From the NCBI GenBank assembly GCA_003136555.1, contig PLEW01000175.1:2353-66352 (forward strand): a stretch of 64,000 nucleotides of DNA, written 5' to 3'. The stretch is from Planctomycetota bacterium (lineage in GTDB: Bacteria; Planctomycetota; UBA11346). Below the pieces are notes generated by a model that worked only from the letters and a program-made list of their open reading frames with translations, was not told where the DNA came from and did not search any database. A program made the translations under genes and the position numbers. Of the stretch, positions 36,396 through 46,732 are shown in pieces; positions within the stretch are counted from its first letter, which is position 1; every line of letters starts with the position of its first letter.

Positions 36396-37196
36396 ATGGC
36401 GCCGATGTCCAGCGACCCGCCGAGCCTGTCGTGGCTGATCACCCTGCCGACCTGCCCATCGACCAGCAGCTGGGCACTCGACCACATCGATGCCCTGGCG
36501 CATGGCGCCTGCGTCTGGACCCAGCGGCAGACCGCCGGCCGAGGCCAGAACGGCAAGACCTGGCATTCACCGCCAGGGGTGCTCACCGCCTCGGTGGTCA
36601 TCGAGGTCCCGAGCTCGGTGCTGCCCACCCAGCTGTCGCTGTGCGCCGGCCTCGCGGTGGCGCATGCCATCGAGGACCTGGTGCCGGCGGCGCGCATCGA
36701 CCTGAAATGGCCGAATGACTGCCATCTCAACGGCCGCAAGGTCGCCGGGGTGCTGTGCGAGCGGGTGCTGCGCGGGCGCAGCCAGGTCGCCCGCGATGTG
36801 GTGGTGGTCGGAGTCGGGATGAACATCGATCCGGCCTGGGACCAGCAGCCGGCCGCCCTGCCCCTGGTGGCCGAACGCGAGCTCGCCCCCGCCAGCCTGA
36901 GCGAGATCCAGGCGGCCCCGGACATGCTGAGCATGCTCATCGCGCTGCGCCGCTACCTGATCGAGGCCACCGGCCTGCTCGCGGTCGGGGGCTGGCCGCA
37001 GCTGCTGCCGCACCTGCGTACACGGGACTGGCTGATGGGCAGGCCGATCGAGGTCCAGGTCGCCGACCAGCGCCTGGCCGGCATCGCCGACGGGCTCGAT
37101 GGCATGGGCTGCCTGCTGCTGCGCGGCGACGACCAGGGGGTGCGCACCATCGCCAGCGGCAGCATCATACGCGCCGGGGCGCGTGCGGACGTGTGA
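36396..37196 (+). CDS. birA: Biotin--protein ligase (monofunctional, no HTH)
   Basis: STSSW, QTAGRGQNGKTWHSP, LKWPND and KVAGVL motifs. Confidence 0.92.
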   Translation: MAPMSSDPPSLSWLITLPTCPSTSSWALDHIDALAHGACVWTQRQTAGRGQNGKTWHSPPGVLTASVVIEVPSSVLPTQLSLCAGLAVAHAIEDLVPAARIDLKWPNDCHLNGRKVAGVLCERVLRGRSQVARDVVVVGVGMNIDPAWDQQPAALPLVAERELAPASLSEIQAAPDMLSMLIALRRYLIEATGLLAVGGWPQLLPHLRTRDWLMGRPIEVQVADQRLAGIADGLDGMGCLLLRGDDQGVRTIASGSIIRAGARADV

Positions 37197-37261
37197 GCGA
37201 CCTGGTCGAAAATCGGCCGGTTTCCGGTGGCGCATCACGCGCAGGGCGTGACGGTGCGGTC

Positions 37262-37453
37262 ATGCGTGCCCGCGATGTCGCTCTGCGTTCCGGCATGGCC
37301 CTCGGCCTGCTGATCGCCATCCTGGCCGCCAGCGGCTGCTACGAAGGCACGCTCGGCAGCTCCAACCTGCGCAGCACCTCGATGATCGTGGCGACCGATT
37401 CCGGTCGCCTGCCCGAGGACAGCCGCGCCTCCCTGGCCTACGCGCCGCCGTAG
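37262..37453 (+). CDS. Small putative lipoprotein (63 aa)
   Basis: Basic N-terminus, hydrophobic core and AASGC lipobox. Confidence 0.5.
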   Translation: MRARDVALRSGMALGLLIAILAASGCYEGTLGSSNLRSTSMIVATDSGRLPEDSRASLAYAPP

Positions 37454-37494
37454 CTGCTGCCAGCGCGGCCGCTCCGCCGCCACGCCCCGGTACG

Positions 37495-38682
37495 CTAGAC
37501 CAGCGGGGCTTCGACCTCCACCGGCACGAGGTAATCGATGCCCGGGACCTCGAAGCCGAAGAGCTGGCGGAACTCCCGTTTGAAGCCGGCGTAGTCGCCC
37601 AGGGTATCGAGCGTCGCGCTGGTGATCTGCGGCCACAGGGCCGCGATCTCCGCCTGCACGCCGGCATCCATCTCCCAGTCATCGACGCGGATGCGCCCCT
37701 CGGCATCGAGGACGGGCGTCCGTCCGGGAGCGAGGTGGCCGGTGAACAGCCGCACCATCTGCTCGATGGTGCCCTCATGGGTGCCGCGCTCCTTCATCAC
37801 CTTGTAGAGCAGGCTGATGTACAGGGGCACCACCGGGATGGCGCTCGAGGCCTGGGTGACCAGCGCCTTGTTGACGCTGACATAGGCGTGCCCGCCCAGG
37901 GGGGCGAGGCGGGTGGTCAGGACAGCGGCGGTGCGCTCGAGGTCGGCCTTGGCGCGGCCGATGGTGCCGGCGGTGTAGATGGCATGGGTGACCTGGGGTC
38001 CGATGTAGCTGTATGCCACCGTGCGGCAGCCGGGCGCGAGCAGATCGGCATCCTGGAGCGCCTGGATCCAGTAGCCCCAGTCCTCGCCGCCCATGACCTT
38101 GACCGTGCTGGCGATGTCGGCGTCGCTGGCAGCAGGCAGGGTGATCTGCACGATCTGGTCGGTGTCGAGGTTGACGCTGGCCGAGGTGTAGGGCCTGCCG
38201 ATCGGCTTGAGCGTGCTGCTGTAGGTGGTGCCGGTGGTCGGATCGCTGCGCTTGGGGCTGGCCAGGCTGTAGACCACCAGGTCGACCTTGCCGAAGCGCG
38301 CCTTGAGCGCGGCGACCACCTGCTGCTTGGTGGCGGTGGCATAGGCGTCGGCATTGATGGTCTCGAGCTGGCAACCCTCGGCCTTGGCCAGGCGATGCAC
38401 CTCGGCGAGGTTGTACCAGCCGGCCGAGCCCGGCTTCTCCCCCGCCCCGGGCCGCTCGAAGCAGACCGAGATCGCCTTGGCGCCGAAGCCGAACACCGTG
38501 GTGATGAGCGACGCCAGGCCATAGCCGGCGCTCGAGCCGATCACCAGGACGGTACCCAGACCCGAGCCAGGCGCCTTCTTGGCCAGCGCGACCTGGCGAC
38601 GGACGTTGGCCGCGCAGCCCTCCGGATGCGAGGTCAGGCAGATGAAGCCGCGGATTCGGGGGTTGATGACGACCTTGGCCAT
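37495..38682 (-). CDS. fabV: Enoyl-ACP / trans-2-enoyl-CoA reductase FabV
   Basis: RGFICLTSHPEGC, IGSSAGYG, VYSLASP, VKVMGGEDW and KALVTQASSAIP motifs. Confidence 0.95.
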   Translation of the reverse strand: MAKVVINPRIRGFICLTSHPEGCAANVRRQVALAKKAPGSGLGTVLVIGSSAGYGLASLITTVFGFGAKAISVCFERPGAGEKPGSAGWYNLAEVHRLAKAEGCQLETINADAYATATKQQVVAALKARFGKVDLVVYSLASPKRSDPTTGTTYSSTLKPIGRPYTSASVNLDTDQIVQITLPAASDADIASTVKVMGGEDWGYWIQALQDADLLAPGCRTVAYSYIGPQVTHAIYTAGTIGRAKADLERTAAVLTTRLAPLGGHAYVSVNKALVTQASSAIPVVPLYISLLYKVMKERGTHEGTIEQMVRLFTGHLAPGRTPVLDAEGRIRVDDWEMDAGVQAEIAALWPQITSATLDTLGDYAGFKREFRQLFGFEVPGIDYLVPVEVEAPLV

Positions 38683-39023
38683 GGAGAGCCTCCTGGAACC
38701 GGTGGGGGCGCCACCATCGCAGGCAGGACCGCAGGGTGCAAGCGCAGGGAAGCGGCCTGGTGGCGCGGCGCTACCGGGGGCCGGCCGGAGCCGGGTAGCG
38801 ACTTGTCGCGGTAAATCGCTCTTTCGGGACGAAGACGATCCCATGACCACCAAGTATAGACCAAAAACACCAACTTAGGATCCATTTGGCGGTTTTACCC
38901 TGGACTTTCCTTCCCAAAAGCTCAGGATCACCACCTCGTCGCGTCTGAACACGTCAATTTCCTGTCCTGATGGGCCGTGATCGCAAGCCTGTCGCGCCAG
39001 ATGAGCTACCTAAGGATCGCATC

Positions 39024-40736
39024 ATGCTGCAGAAAATCACTACCGGCGGCGAAAAGGTCATCCAGTGCCTGGAACGTGAAGGCGTCGAGGTGATCTTCGG
39101 CTACTCGGGCGGCGCGGCGATGCCGATCTTCGATGCCCTGGTCGACAGCAAGCTCAAGCTGGTGCTGGTGCGGCATGAACAGGGCGCCACCCACATGGCA
39201 GACGGCTATGCCCGCGCCACCGGCAAGCCGGGGGTGGTCCTGGTCACCTCCGGACCCGGCGCGACCAATTGCGTCACCGGTCTGCTGACCGCACTGATGG
39301 ATTCCGTGCCGATGATCGTGCTCACCGGCCAGACCATCACCTCGATGCTGGGCAAGGACGCCTTCCAGGAGGCCGATGTCACCGGCATCACCTATCCGGT
39401 GGTCAAGCACAGCTACCTGGTCAAGAATGCCGCCGACATCCCGCGGGTGATGAAAGAGGCCTTCTTCATCGCCACCACCGGCCGCCCGGGACCGGTGCTC
39501 ATCGACCTGCCCAAGGACATCACCCAGGGTCCCTGCCCGGCGCCCTTCATCGACACCGTCTCCCTGCCGGGCTATGTCATCCCCGGCCGCGGCAACCCGG
39601 CGCTGCTGGCCAAGGCGGCCGCGCTGCTGCAGCGCAGCCGCAAGCCGGTGCTCTACGTCGGCCACGGCGCGGTGATCTCCGGCGCCGGTCCGGCCATCGT
39701 CGCGCTCGCCAACAAGCTCGGTGCGCCGATCGTCAACACCCTGCTCGGCAAGGGCGCCTGTCCGGAGGACGCTGCCAACCACCTCGGCATGCTGGGCATG
39801 CACGGCACCGCCTACGCCAACAAGGCGGTGGCCAACTGCGATCTGATCATGGCCATCGGCGCGCGCTGGGACGACCGCATCACCGGCAAGCTGTCGGAGT
39901 TCTGCAAGGATGCGGTCAAGATCCACGTCGACATCGACGTCGCCGAGTTCAACAAGGTGGTGCGCCCCGACGTCTCGATCAACGGCGATGCGCGGCTGGT
40001 GATCGAGGATCTGGTGCCGCTGGTCGAGCGCGCCGAGACCACCGACTGGTGGAAGGAGATCACCGCCTGGCGCAAGCAGTTCCCGCTCAAGTACGCCAAG
40101 AAGGGCGGGCTGCGCGCGCAGTACGTGCTCGACCGGCTGGACAAGCTCGGCGGTCGCGAATGCATCATCACCACCGACGTCGGACAGCACCAGATGTGGG
40201 CGGCGCAGTTCTGCCTGACCACCAAGAACCGCCACTGGCTGAGCTCCGGCGGCGCCGGCACCATGGGCTTCGGCTTCCCCTCAGCGATCGGGGCGGCGAT
40301 GGCCACCGGCAAGCCGACCTGGTGCGTGGTCGGCGATGGCGGCTTCCAGATGACCTCGTGCGAGATGGCCACCGCCGCGCTGCAGAAGGTGCCGGTCAAG
40401 ATCCTGATCATCAACAACAGCTACCTCGGCATGATCCGCCAGTGGCAGGAGCTGTTCTTCGACAACCGCATCTCGGGCGCCGATCTCGAGGGCAACCCCG
40501 ATTTCATCAAGCTCGCCGGGGCCTACGGCATCCCGGGCAAGCGGGTCAAGCGGGCGGGCGACGTCGACAAGGCCCTGCGCTGGGCGATGGCCTACAACGA
40601 GGGGCCATGCCTGATCGAGGCCGAAGTGGTCAAGGAGGACAACGTCTTCCCCATGATCCCGGCCGGCGCGGCGATCAGGGACATGATCATCGAGAAGCCC
40701 AAGGTGCGCATGGAGAAGCCGAGCGGGAGCACCTGA
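39024..40736 (+). CDS. ilvB: Acetolactate synthase large subunit
   Basis: RHEQGATHMADGYAR, TSGPGATN, DVGQHQMWAAQ and GDGGFQM motifs. AAGGA ribosome-binding site before ATG 39024. Confidence 0.97.
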   Translation: MLQKITTGGEKVIQCLEREGVEVIFGYSGGAAMPIFDALVDSKLKLVLVRHEQGATHMADGYARATGKPGVVLVTSGPGATNCVTGLLTALMDSVPMIVLTGQTITSMLGKDAFQEADVTGITYPVVKHSYLVKNAADIPRVMKEAFFIATTGRPGPVLIDLPKDITQGPCPAPFIDTVSLPGYVIPGRGNPALLAKAAALLQRSRKPVLYVGHGAVISGAGPAIVALANKLGAPIVNTLLGKGACPEDAANHLGMLGMHGTAYANKAVANCDLIMAIGARWDDRITGKLSEFCKDAVKIHVDIDVAEFNKVVRPDVSINGDARLVIEDLVPLVERAETTDWWKEITAWRKQFPLKYAKKGGLRAQYVLDRLDKLGGRECIITTDVGQHQMWAAQFCLTTKNRHWLSSGGAGTMGFGFPSAIGAAMATGKPTWCVVGDGGFQMTSCEMATAALQKVPVKILIINNSYLGMIRQWQELFFDNRISGADLEGNPDFIKLAGAYGIPGKRVKRAGDVDKALRWAMAYNEGPCLIEAEVVKEDNVFPMIPAGAAIRDMIIEKPKVRMEKPSGST

Positions 40737-40792
40737 CCGGCTCCCGGCTCCCCCGCACCGCCCTCCCTCCCATCTCCTCGAGGTCAATCACC

Positions 40793-41401
40793 ATGGCATC
40801 GTCCAGCACCACCAGCCCGCGCGGCACCAATTTCGAGCTCGATCCCGGCAAGGCGCCGCGCAAGCTCTCGGTCGCCGACATCACCACCCCGCCGCTGCAC
40901 ACCATCTCCCTGCTGGTGCGCAACAAGCCGGGGGTGCTGGTGCGCGTCTCCCTGGTGTTCTCGCGGCGCGGCTACAACATCGAATCGCTGGTGGTCTCGC
41001 CGGCGATCTCCACCGGCGGGATCGAAGGCGCGCCCGGCGAGTTCTCGCGCATGACCATCACCTGCTCGGGCGACCCGGACACCCTGGAGCAGATCATCAA
41101 GCAGCTGGAGAAGCTCATCGATGTCGTCCATGCCATCGATCACACCGGCCAATCGGTGATCGAGAGCGAGCTGGTGCTGGTCAAGCTCAAGGCCGACCTC
41201 AAGAACCGCACCGAGATCCTCCAGGTGGCCGAGAACTACCGCGCCAAAGTGGTCGATTACGGCCCGGAATCGCTGATCCTGCGCTGCGCCGGCGACTCGG
41301 ACAAGATCGACGCCCTGGTCGGCCTGCTGCGGCCCTTCGAGATCATCGAACTGGTGCGTTCCGGCAAGATCCTGATGGCGCGCGGCCTCGAGGAGACCTG
41401 A
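40793..41401 (+). CDS. ilvN: Acetolactate synthase small (regulatory) subunit
   Basis: NKPGVLVRVS, RGYNIESL, QIIKQLEKLIDV and ELVRSG motifs. Confidence 0.95.
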   Translation: MASSSTTSPRGTNFELDPGKAPRKLSVADITTPPLHTISLLVRNKPGVLVRVSLVFSRRGYNIESLVVSPAISTGGIEGAPGEFSRMTITCSGDPDTLEQIIKQLEKLIDVVHAIDHTGQSVIESELVLVKLKADLKNRTEILQVAENYRAKVVDYGPESLILRCAGDSDKIDALVGLLRPFEIIELVRSGKILMARGLEET

Positions 41402-41407
41402 GCGGGC

Positions 41408-41566
41408 ATGTTCAGGCTCACGACGCGCCAATGGCTGGCGGCAATCGGCGTGGTGCTGGCCGGGGTGCTGATGCAGGTGGCGTGGATACTGCTCCGCCCC
41501 GAACCCCAGGCGCGCAGCCATGCGGCGGGCAGCGCCCCGTCCGTCGATGGCGGAGGGGGGCGGTGA
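41408..41566 (+). CDS. Small single-TM protein (52 aa), not in the ORF track
   Basis: Hand translation MFRLTTRQWLAAIGVVLAGVLMQVAWILLRPEPQARSHAAGSAPSVDGGGGR; starts 6 nt after the ilvN stop. Confidence 0.5.
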   Translation: MFRLTTRQWLAAIGVVLAGVLMQVAWILLRPEPQARSHAAGSAPSVDGGGGR

Positions 41567-41588
41567 GCAGAGCCAGGAAGGTCAGGCG

Positions 41589-42146
41589 GTGAGCCGGCGC
41601 TGGCTGTGGCTCGCCCTGGCAGGCGCCGCCGTCGGGATGCTGGCCTGGTGGCTGCTCGGCGGCTTGGCGCTGGTGATCCATGTGCCCAGGAGCCGCATCC
41701 AGGAGGCCCTGGATACGCGCTTCCCGGTCGAGAAGACCTACCTCCTGGTGGTGACCTTCCGCTTCCTCCATCCGCGCCTGCAGCTCGACGACGGCACCGA
41801 CCGGCTGCGCTTCTCCATCGATGTCGAAGCGCGCTTCTCGCCCCTGGGCGTCAGCCATGCCGGGAGCGCGCAGGTGAGCGGGGTGGTCCGCTACGACCGC
41901 GACCATGGCGACTTCTACCTGGCCAACGCCCATCTCGAGCAGTTCTCGATCGCCGGCGTCGCGCCAGACCGCCTGGCGCGCGTCCAGGAGGGCGCCGATC
42001 TGGCCCTGGGCGCCTACCTCGAGCGCATGCCCATCCACCATCTCGACCAGGCCGACGTGCGGGAGCGACTTGCGCACCTGCTGCTGACCCAGGTGCGGGT
42101 GCATGGCGACGGCATCGACCTGACGCTGGCCCCGGGTGCGCCGTGA
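41589..42146 (+). CDS. DUF1439-like membrane-anchored protein
   Basis: GTG start, TM anchor and IQEALDTRFPVEK pattern. Confidence 0.65.
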   Translation: MSRRWLWLALAGAAVGMLAWWLLGGLALVIHVPRSRIQEALDTRFPVEKTYLLVVTFRFLHPRLQLDDGTDRLRFSIDVEARFSPLGVSHAGSAQVSGVVRYDRDHGDFYLANAHLEQFSIAGVAPDRLARVQEGADLALGAYLERMPIHHLDQADVRERLAHLLLTQVRVHGDGIDLTLAPGAP

Positions 42147-42213
42147 GCGGGCCGCCGGGCGGACGCTGGCATTGCCGACCAGGCTGGAATGATGGCGCCA
42201 CGCAGCGCATGCC

Positions 42214-43369
42214 ATGACCATCGACCTCCTCGGACTGACCGGCGACGAGTTCATCGCCCAGGCGCGCGCCCAGCTGCCGGGCGGGCATGGGGCCAGCGCC
42301 GAGATCTACCGCACGGCCTTCAGCCAGGGGCGCCTGGCGATCGATGGCCTGGCGCTGAGCGCCGCCAATGCCGCCGCCTGGCGCGAACAGGTGGTGGTCG
42401 CTTCGCTGGAGGTGGTGCGGGTGGTCGAGGAGCCGGGCGAGTATGCCTCCACCAGCAAGGCCATCCTGCGCACCGGCGACGGCTACGAGATCGAATGCGT
42501 GCGCATCCCCATGCGCATCGCCGAGTCGCGCCAGGGGCCCGCGCCTGCGGCCGGGCGAGCCGAGGTGCACTATACCCTGTGCCTGTCATCGCAGGTCGGC
42601 TGCAAGATGGGCTGCACCTTCTGCGAGACCGGCCGCATGGGCCTGCTGCGCCAGCTCAGCGCGGCGGAGATCGTCGCCGAGGTGGTGACGGTGGGCCGCG
42701 AACTCGGCTGGCAGGCGCGCAACCTGGTGTTCATGGGCATGGGCGAGGCCCTGGACAATGCCGGCAACCTCATCCAGGCGCTGCGTGCTGTGCGACCGCC
42801 GCGGCCTGCACTACAGCCAGGAGCGCATCACCGTGTGCACCGCCGGCCACCGCGAGGGCCTGGAGCGCCTGCGCGCGCTCGGCTGGAAGAGGCTGAACCT
42901 CTCGCTCAGCCTCAATGCCGCCAGCGATGCGGTGCGCGATCGCATCATGCCGATCAACCGCCGGACGCCGCTCGCCGAGCTCCAGCGCCTGATGATCGCC
43001 TACCCCCAGCGGCGCAACTTCACCCTCGGCGTCAACTACTGCCTGATGCCCGGCATCAACGATGCCCCCGCCGATGCCGTGGCGGTGGCGGACTTCTGCC
43101 GGCCGCTCGGCCGGGTGCTGGTCAACCTCATCCCCTACAATCCCGGCCATGCCCCGCTCACCCGCGCACCGCACGAGGAGGAGGTCACCGCCTTCATCGC
43201 CGCCCTTCGCGCCGAGGGCCTGGCCGTCCGCCGGCGCGTCACCAAGGGCCGCTCGATCATGGCCGCCTGCGGGCAGCTCGGCGATGCGGCGCTGCGCCTG
43301 CGCCGCAGCGCCGCACCGTCCGTCCCATCCCCCCCCCAAACCCCGACTGCGGAGAACCATACGCCATGA
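42214..43369 (+). pseudogene. rlmN: RlmN-family radical SAM RNA methyltransferase split by a frameshift near 42785
   Basis: Frame 1 has CLSSQVGCKMGCTFC and MGMGE. The +1 frame continues with RITVCTAG, SLN, VNLIPYNP and IMAACGQL, and ends in an ATGA overlap with purE. Confidence 0.85.
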
Positions 43370-43857
43370 CCACCCCTGCACCCCTCGTTGCCGTCCTGAT
43401 GGGCAGCAAATCCGATTGGGAAGTGATGAAGAGCACCGCCGAGACGCTCAAGAGCTTCGCCGTCACGCATGAGTGCCGGGTGCTGTCCGCGCACCGCACG
43501 CCCAAGGAGGCGGTCGACTACATCAGCGCCGCCGCCGGGCGCGGCACCAAGGTCATCATCGCCGCCGCGGGCGGTGCAGCCCACCTCGCCGGCGCCTGCG
43601 CCGCGCATACCATCCTGCCGGTGCTCGGCGTGCCCATGGAGGGCTGGGCGCTGAAGGGGCTGGATGCCCTGCTGTCGACCGTCCAGATGCCACCCGGCAT
43701 GCCGGTGGGGACGCTGGCCATCGGCAAGCCCGGTGCGGTCAATGCAGCGCTCCTGGCGATCCAGATCCTCGCGCTGCAGGATGCCCAGCTGGCCGCCCGG
43801 CTGGTCGCGTACCGCGACGAGCAGCGGCGCAAGATCCTCAGCGAGACGCTCACCTGA
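43366..43857 (+). CDS. purE: N5-CAIR mutase
   Basis: [31 protein letters not shown] and NAALLA motifs. Confidence 0.97.
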   Translation: MTTPAPLVAVLMGSKSDWEVMKSTAETLKSFAVTHECRVLSAHRTPKEAVDYISAAAGRGTKVIIAAAGGAAHLAGACAAHTILPVLGVPMEGWALKGLDALLSTVQMPPGMPVGTLAIGKPGAVNAALLAIQILALQDAQLAARLVAYRDEQRRKILSETLT

Positions 43858-43909
43858 AGGCCGCAGGGATGTCGCCCTCCGCCCGCCGGGCGGAGGGCTC
43901 GAGCGGGCG

Positions 43910-45184
43910 CTACCTGGTCCGCAGCAGGACCTTGGGCTGGGTGTAGGCGAGCAGCGTCTCCATCGTGCCCTCGCGCCCGCCGCCGGAATCCTTCATCCCG
44001 CCATAGGGCAGGCGGTCATCGCGCCTGCTGGGCACATCGTTGATCACCAGGGTGCCGACATTGATGGCGGCGAAGGCGCGCCGGATCACCGCCTGGTCGT
44101 GGCTGTAGAGCCCGCACTGCAGGCCGAAGGGCGTCAGCTCCGAGAGGTGGATCGCCGAGGCGATGTCGCCGTATTCGTGCAGGGTGGCGAGCGGGGCGAA
44201 GGCCTCGGTATCGTAGACCCCCGGGGCGATCGCGGGCAGGCCATCGATCAGCGTCGGCGTCAGCACCAATCCATCCCAGGTCCCGCCGGTGAGCTGGCGC
44301 CCCCCTTGCACGCGGTAGCGCTCAAGCAGGCCGCTGATGCGGCTCTTGGCATCCTCGCCGATCACCGGACCGTTGATGGTGGATTCCTGCCAGGGATCGC
44401 CGCTGGGCAGCTCGCGGAAGGCGCGGACCAGCGCCTCCTTCCACTGCGGCTGGCTCTCGGGCACGAAGATCCGCTGCACGCTGATGCAGACCTGGCCGGC
44501 ATGGGCGCACGCGCCCACGGCGATCTGGCGCGCCACCGTATCGATGTCATCGACCTGGTGCAGGATCACCGCCGCATTTCCGCCGAGCTCGAGCATCACC
44601 TGGGCGCGCACGCACAGGCGCTGCAGCTGCCGTCCAACTGCGGCCGAACCGGTGAAGGAGAGCACCGCCAGCCGCTCATCCTGGACGATCTCCGCCACCT
44701 CGTCATTGCTCAGGCTGGCGAGCTGGACCAGGCCCTCGGGGCAGTCGGCGTTGAGCAGCAGCTTCAAGGCGAGCTCGGCCACGCCCGGGGCGCGCGGGCT
44801 GGGCTTCCAGATCACCGGGCAGCCGGCGGCGATCGCGGGCGCGAGCTTGTGCAGCGCGAGATTGAGGGGGAAGTTGAAGGGGGTGACCGCAAGCACCGGC
44901 CCCAGCGGCACGCGATGGAGCTCGGCCGCCGCGCCAGGATCGAGGCTGAGCACGGCGGGGGCGAGGCGATCCATCGCCTCGGCGGTGCCGCGGATGGTGG
45001 TCAGCCCGCGCTCGACCTCGTTGCGGCTGAGGCGGATCGGCTTGCCGGTGGACGTGGTGATGGTACGCGCCATCTCCTCGCTGTGCCGCTGCAGGCGGTC
45101 GGCCCAGCGCACCAGGAGGCTGCGGCGCTCGCCGATCGGCAGGGGATCGACCAGGGCCTCGGCGGTGGAGATCAGGTCATGCAT
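43910..45184 (-). CDS. Aldehyde dehydrogenase family protein
   Basis: TPFNFP, FTGS, ELGGN, GQVCIS, EAFAP and PYGGMKDSG motifs. Confidence 0.92.
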   Translation of the reverse strand: MHDLISTAEALVDPLPIGERRSLLVRWADRLQRHSEEMARTITTSTGKPIRLSRNEVERGLTTIRGTAEAMDRLAPAVLSLDPGAAAELHRVPLGPVLAVTPFNFPLNLALHKLAPAIAAGCPVIWKPSPRAPGVAELALKLLLNADCPEGLVQLASLSNDEVAEIVQDERLAVLSFTGSAAVGRQLQRLCVRAQVMLELGGNAAVILHQVDDIDTVARQIAVGACAHAGQVCISVQRIFVPESQPQWKEALVRAFRELPSGDPWQESTINGPVIGEDAKSRISGLLERYRVQGGRQLTGGTWDGLVLTPTLIDGLPAIAPGVYDTEAFAPLATLHEYGDIASAIHLSELTPFGLQCGLYSHDQAVIRRAFAAINVGTLVINDVPSRRDDRLPYGGMKDSGGGREGTMETLLAYTQPKVLLRTR

Positions 45185-45273
45185 GACCCTGCCACCATCT
45201 CTGGCTATTCGCGCGATTCAATGCCGGAAGTGGCAGATGCGCCTTCGCGAGCGGTTGCGGCTGGTGAGCTGCG

Positions 45274-46656
45274 CTAGCCAAGCGCCGCCTCGACCGCCTC
45301 GCCCAGGCGCACGACCACCAGGCGCCCCCGACCGGTGCCGGCGCCCGGACCGAGCAGGCGCTGGAAGCCGAGGCGCCTGGCCTCGCTGGCGCGCTGCTCG
45401 TAGCGGGGCGCGGGCCGCAGCTCGCCGCCCAGCCCGACCTCGCCGATGGCGACCAGGTCGGCGGGTACCGGCAGTTCGCGCCAGGCGCTGGCGACGGCCA
45501 GCGCGATGCCGAGATCGGCGGCCGGCTCGTCGAGGTGGGCGCCGCCGGTGACATTGACGAACACATCGCAGGTCCCCAGCGGCATGCGCAGGCGGCGCGA
45601 CAGCACCGCCAACACCATCGCCACGCGGTTGGGATCGCAGCCGCTGACGCGGCGCGCGGGCTGGATCGCAGTGGTGGGATTCACCAGCGCCTGGACCTCG
45701 ACCAGCAGGCAGCGGTTGCCCTCCATCGCCGGCACCACGCAGCTGCCGGGGACGCCGGGATCGCGTTCGGCGATGAACACCCCCGACGGGTCGGCGACCT
45801 CCTCGAGGCCGCGCGCACCCATGCGGAACAGCCCGAGCTCGCTGGTCGAGCCGTAGCGGTTCTTAACCGCCCGCAGGACGCGCAGGTCCTGGTAGCGGTC
45901 CCCTTCGAAGGAGAGCACGCAATCGACCAGATGCTCGAGCAGCCGAGGCCCGGCCAGCCCGCCGTCCTTGGTGACATGGCCGACCATCACCACCGCGGTT
46001 GCGGGATGCCCGGCCGAGCCGCTGAGCTTGGTCGCCTCGACCAGGGTCGCGGCGCAGGCCCGGCACTGCGCCACCCCCCCGGGCTCGCCCTCGATGCCGG
46101 CGAGGGTGAGCAGCTGGATGGAATCGACCAGGACCAGGGCGTACTCGCCGCTGCGGATGGCGCCGGCGACCGCGGCGGCGTCTGAGCTGGCGGTCAGGCG
46201 CAGCCGGGCGGCGGGGCTGGTGAGGTCGCAGACGCGCTCCAGCCGGCCGCGCACCTGCTCGACGCTCTCCTCGGCGGTGACGTAGAGCACCATGCGCGTG
46301 CGCGCCACGGCGCCGGCGATCTGGGCGAGCAGCGTGCTCTTGCCGATCCCCGGCTCGCCGCCGAGCAGCGCCACCGCCCCCTCCGGCAGCCCGCCGCCGA
46401 GCACGCGGTCGAGCTCGGACAGGCCGCTGGCGAGCCGGGCGGCGGCTGCGCCCTGATCCTGCTGCACCCGGGCATCCTCCCACACCAGGCCGGCTGCCGC
46501 CTGGCTATGGCCGGCGGAGCGGGCGAGCGTCTGCGCCTCCCCGGCGGAGATCTCGACCACGCTGTTCATGGCGCCGCAGCTGGCGCAGCGGCCACTCCAG
46601 CGGGCGAAGCTGTCGCCGCAGGTGCGGCAGGCGTAGGCAGGCGGCTTCTTGGCCAT
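45274..46656 (-). CDS. radA: DNA repair protein RadA/Sms
   Basis: CxxC...CxxC zinc finger, GEPGIGKST, DSIQ, KNRYG and GEVGLGGE motifs. Confidence 0.96.
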   Translation of the reverse strand: MAKKPPAYACRTCGDSFARWSGRCASCGAMNSVVEISAGEAQTLARSAGHSQAAAGLVWEDARVQQDQGAAAARLASGLSELDRVLGGGLPEGAVALLGGEPGIGKSTLLAQIAGAVARTRMVLYVTAEESVEQVRGRLERVCDLTSPAARLRLTASSDAAAVAGAIRSGEYALVLVDSIQLLTLAGIEGEPGGVAQCRACAATLVEATKLSGSAGHPATAVVMVGHVTKDGGLAGPRLLEHLVDCVLSFEGDRYQDLRVLRAVKNRYGSTSELGLFRMGARGLEEVADPSGVFIAERDPGVPGSCVVPAMEGNRCLLVEVQALVNPTTAIQPARRVSGCDPNRVAMVLAVLSRRLRMPLGTCDVFVNVTGGAHLDEPAADLGIALAVASAWRELPVPADLVAIGEVGLGGELRPAPRYEQRASEARRLGFQRLLGPGAGTGRGRLVVVRLGEAVEAALG

Positions 46657-46732
46657 GGTGACAATCTACGGGCGGTGCGCGGCGCGGAAGGCCGGGGCGG
46701 CGAACGGCGAGGTCAGCGGAGGTCGGCGGACG

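Noticed and set aside
38843-38878. Leader peptide MTTKYRPKTPT upstream of ilvB
   Set aside because: No Ile/Leu/Val codons, no clear ribosome-binding site and no terminator hairpin; more likely part of the AT-rich divergent promoter.
39269-40792. Long N-terminal fusion to IlvN (710-aa ORF)
   Set aside because: Alternative frame of ilvB; IlvN starts at 40793.
42214-43857. 547-aa RlmN-PurE fusion protein
   Set aside because: The middle is off-frame nonsense; it arises from the rlmN frameshift, and purE has its own ATG at 43366.
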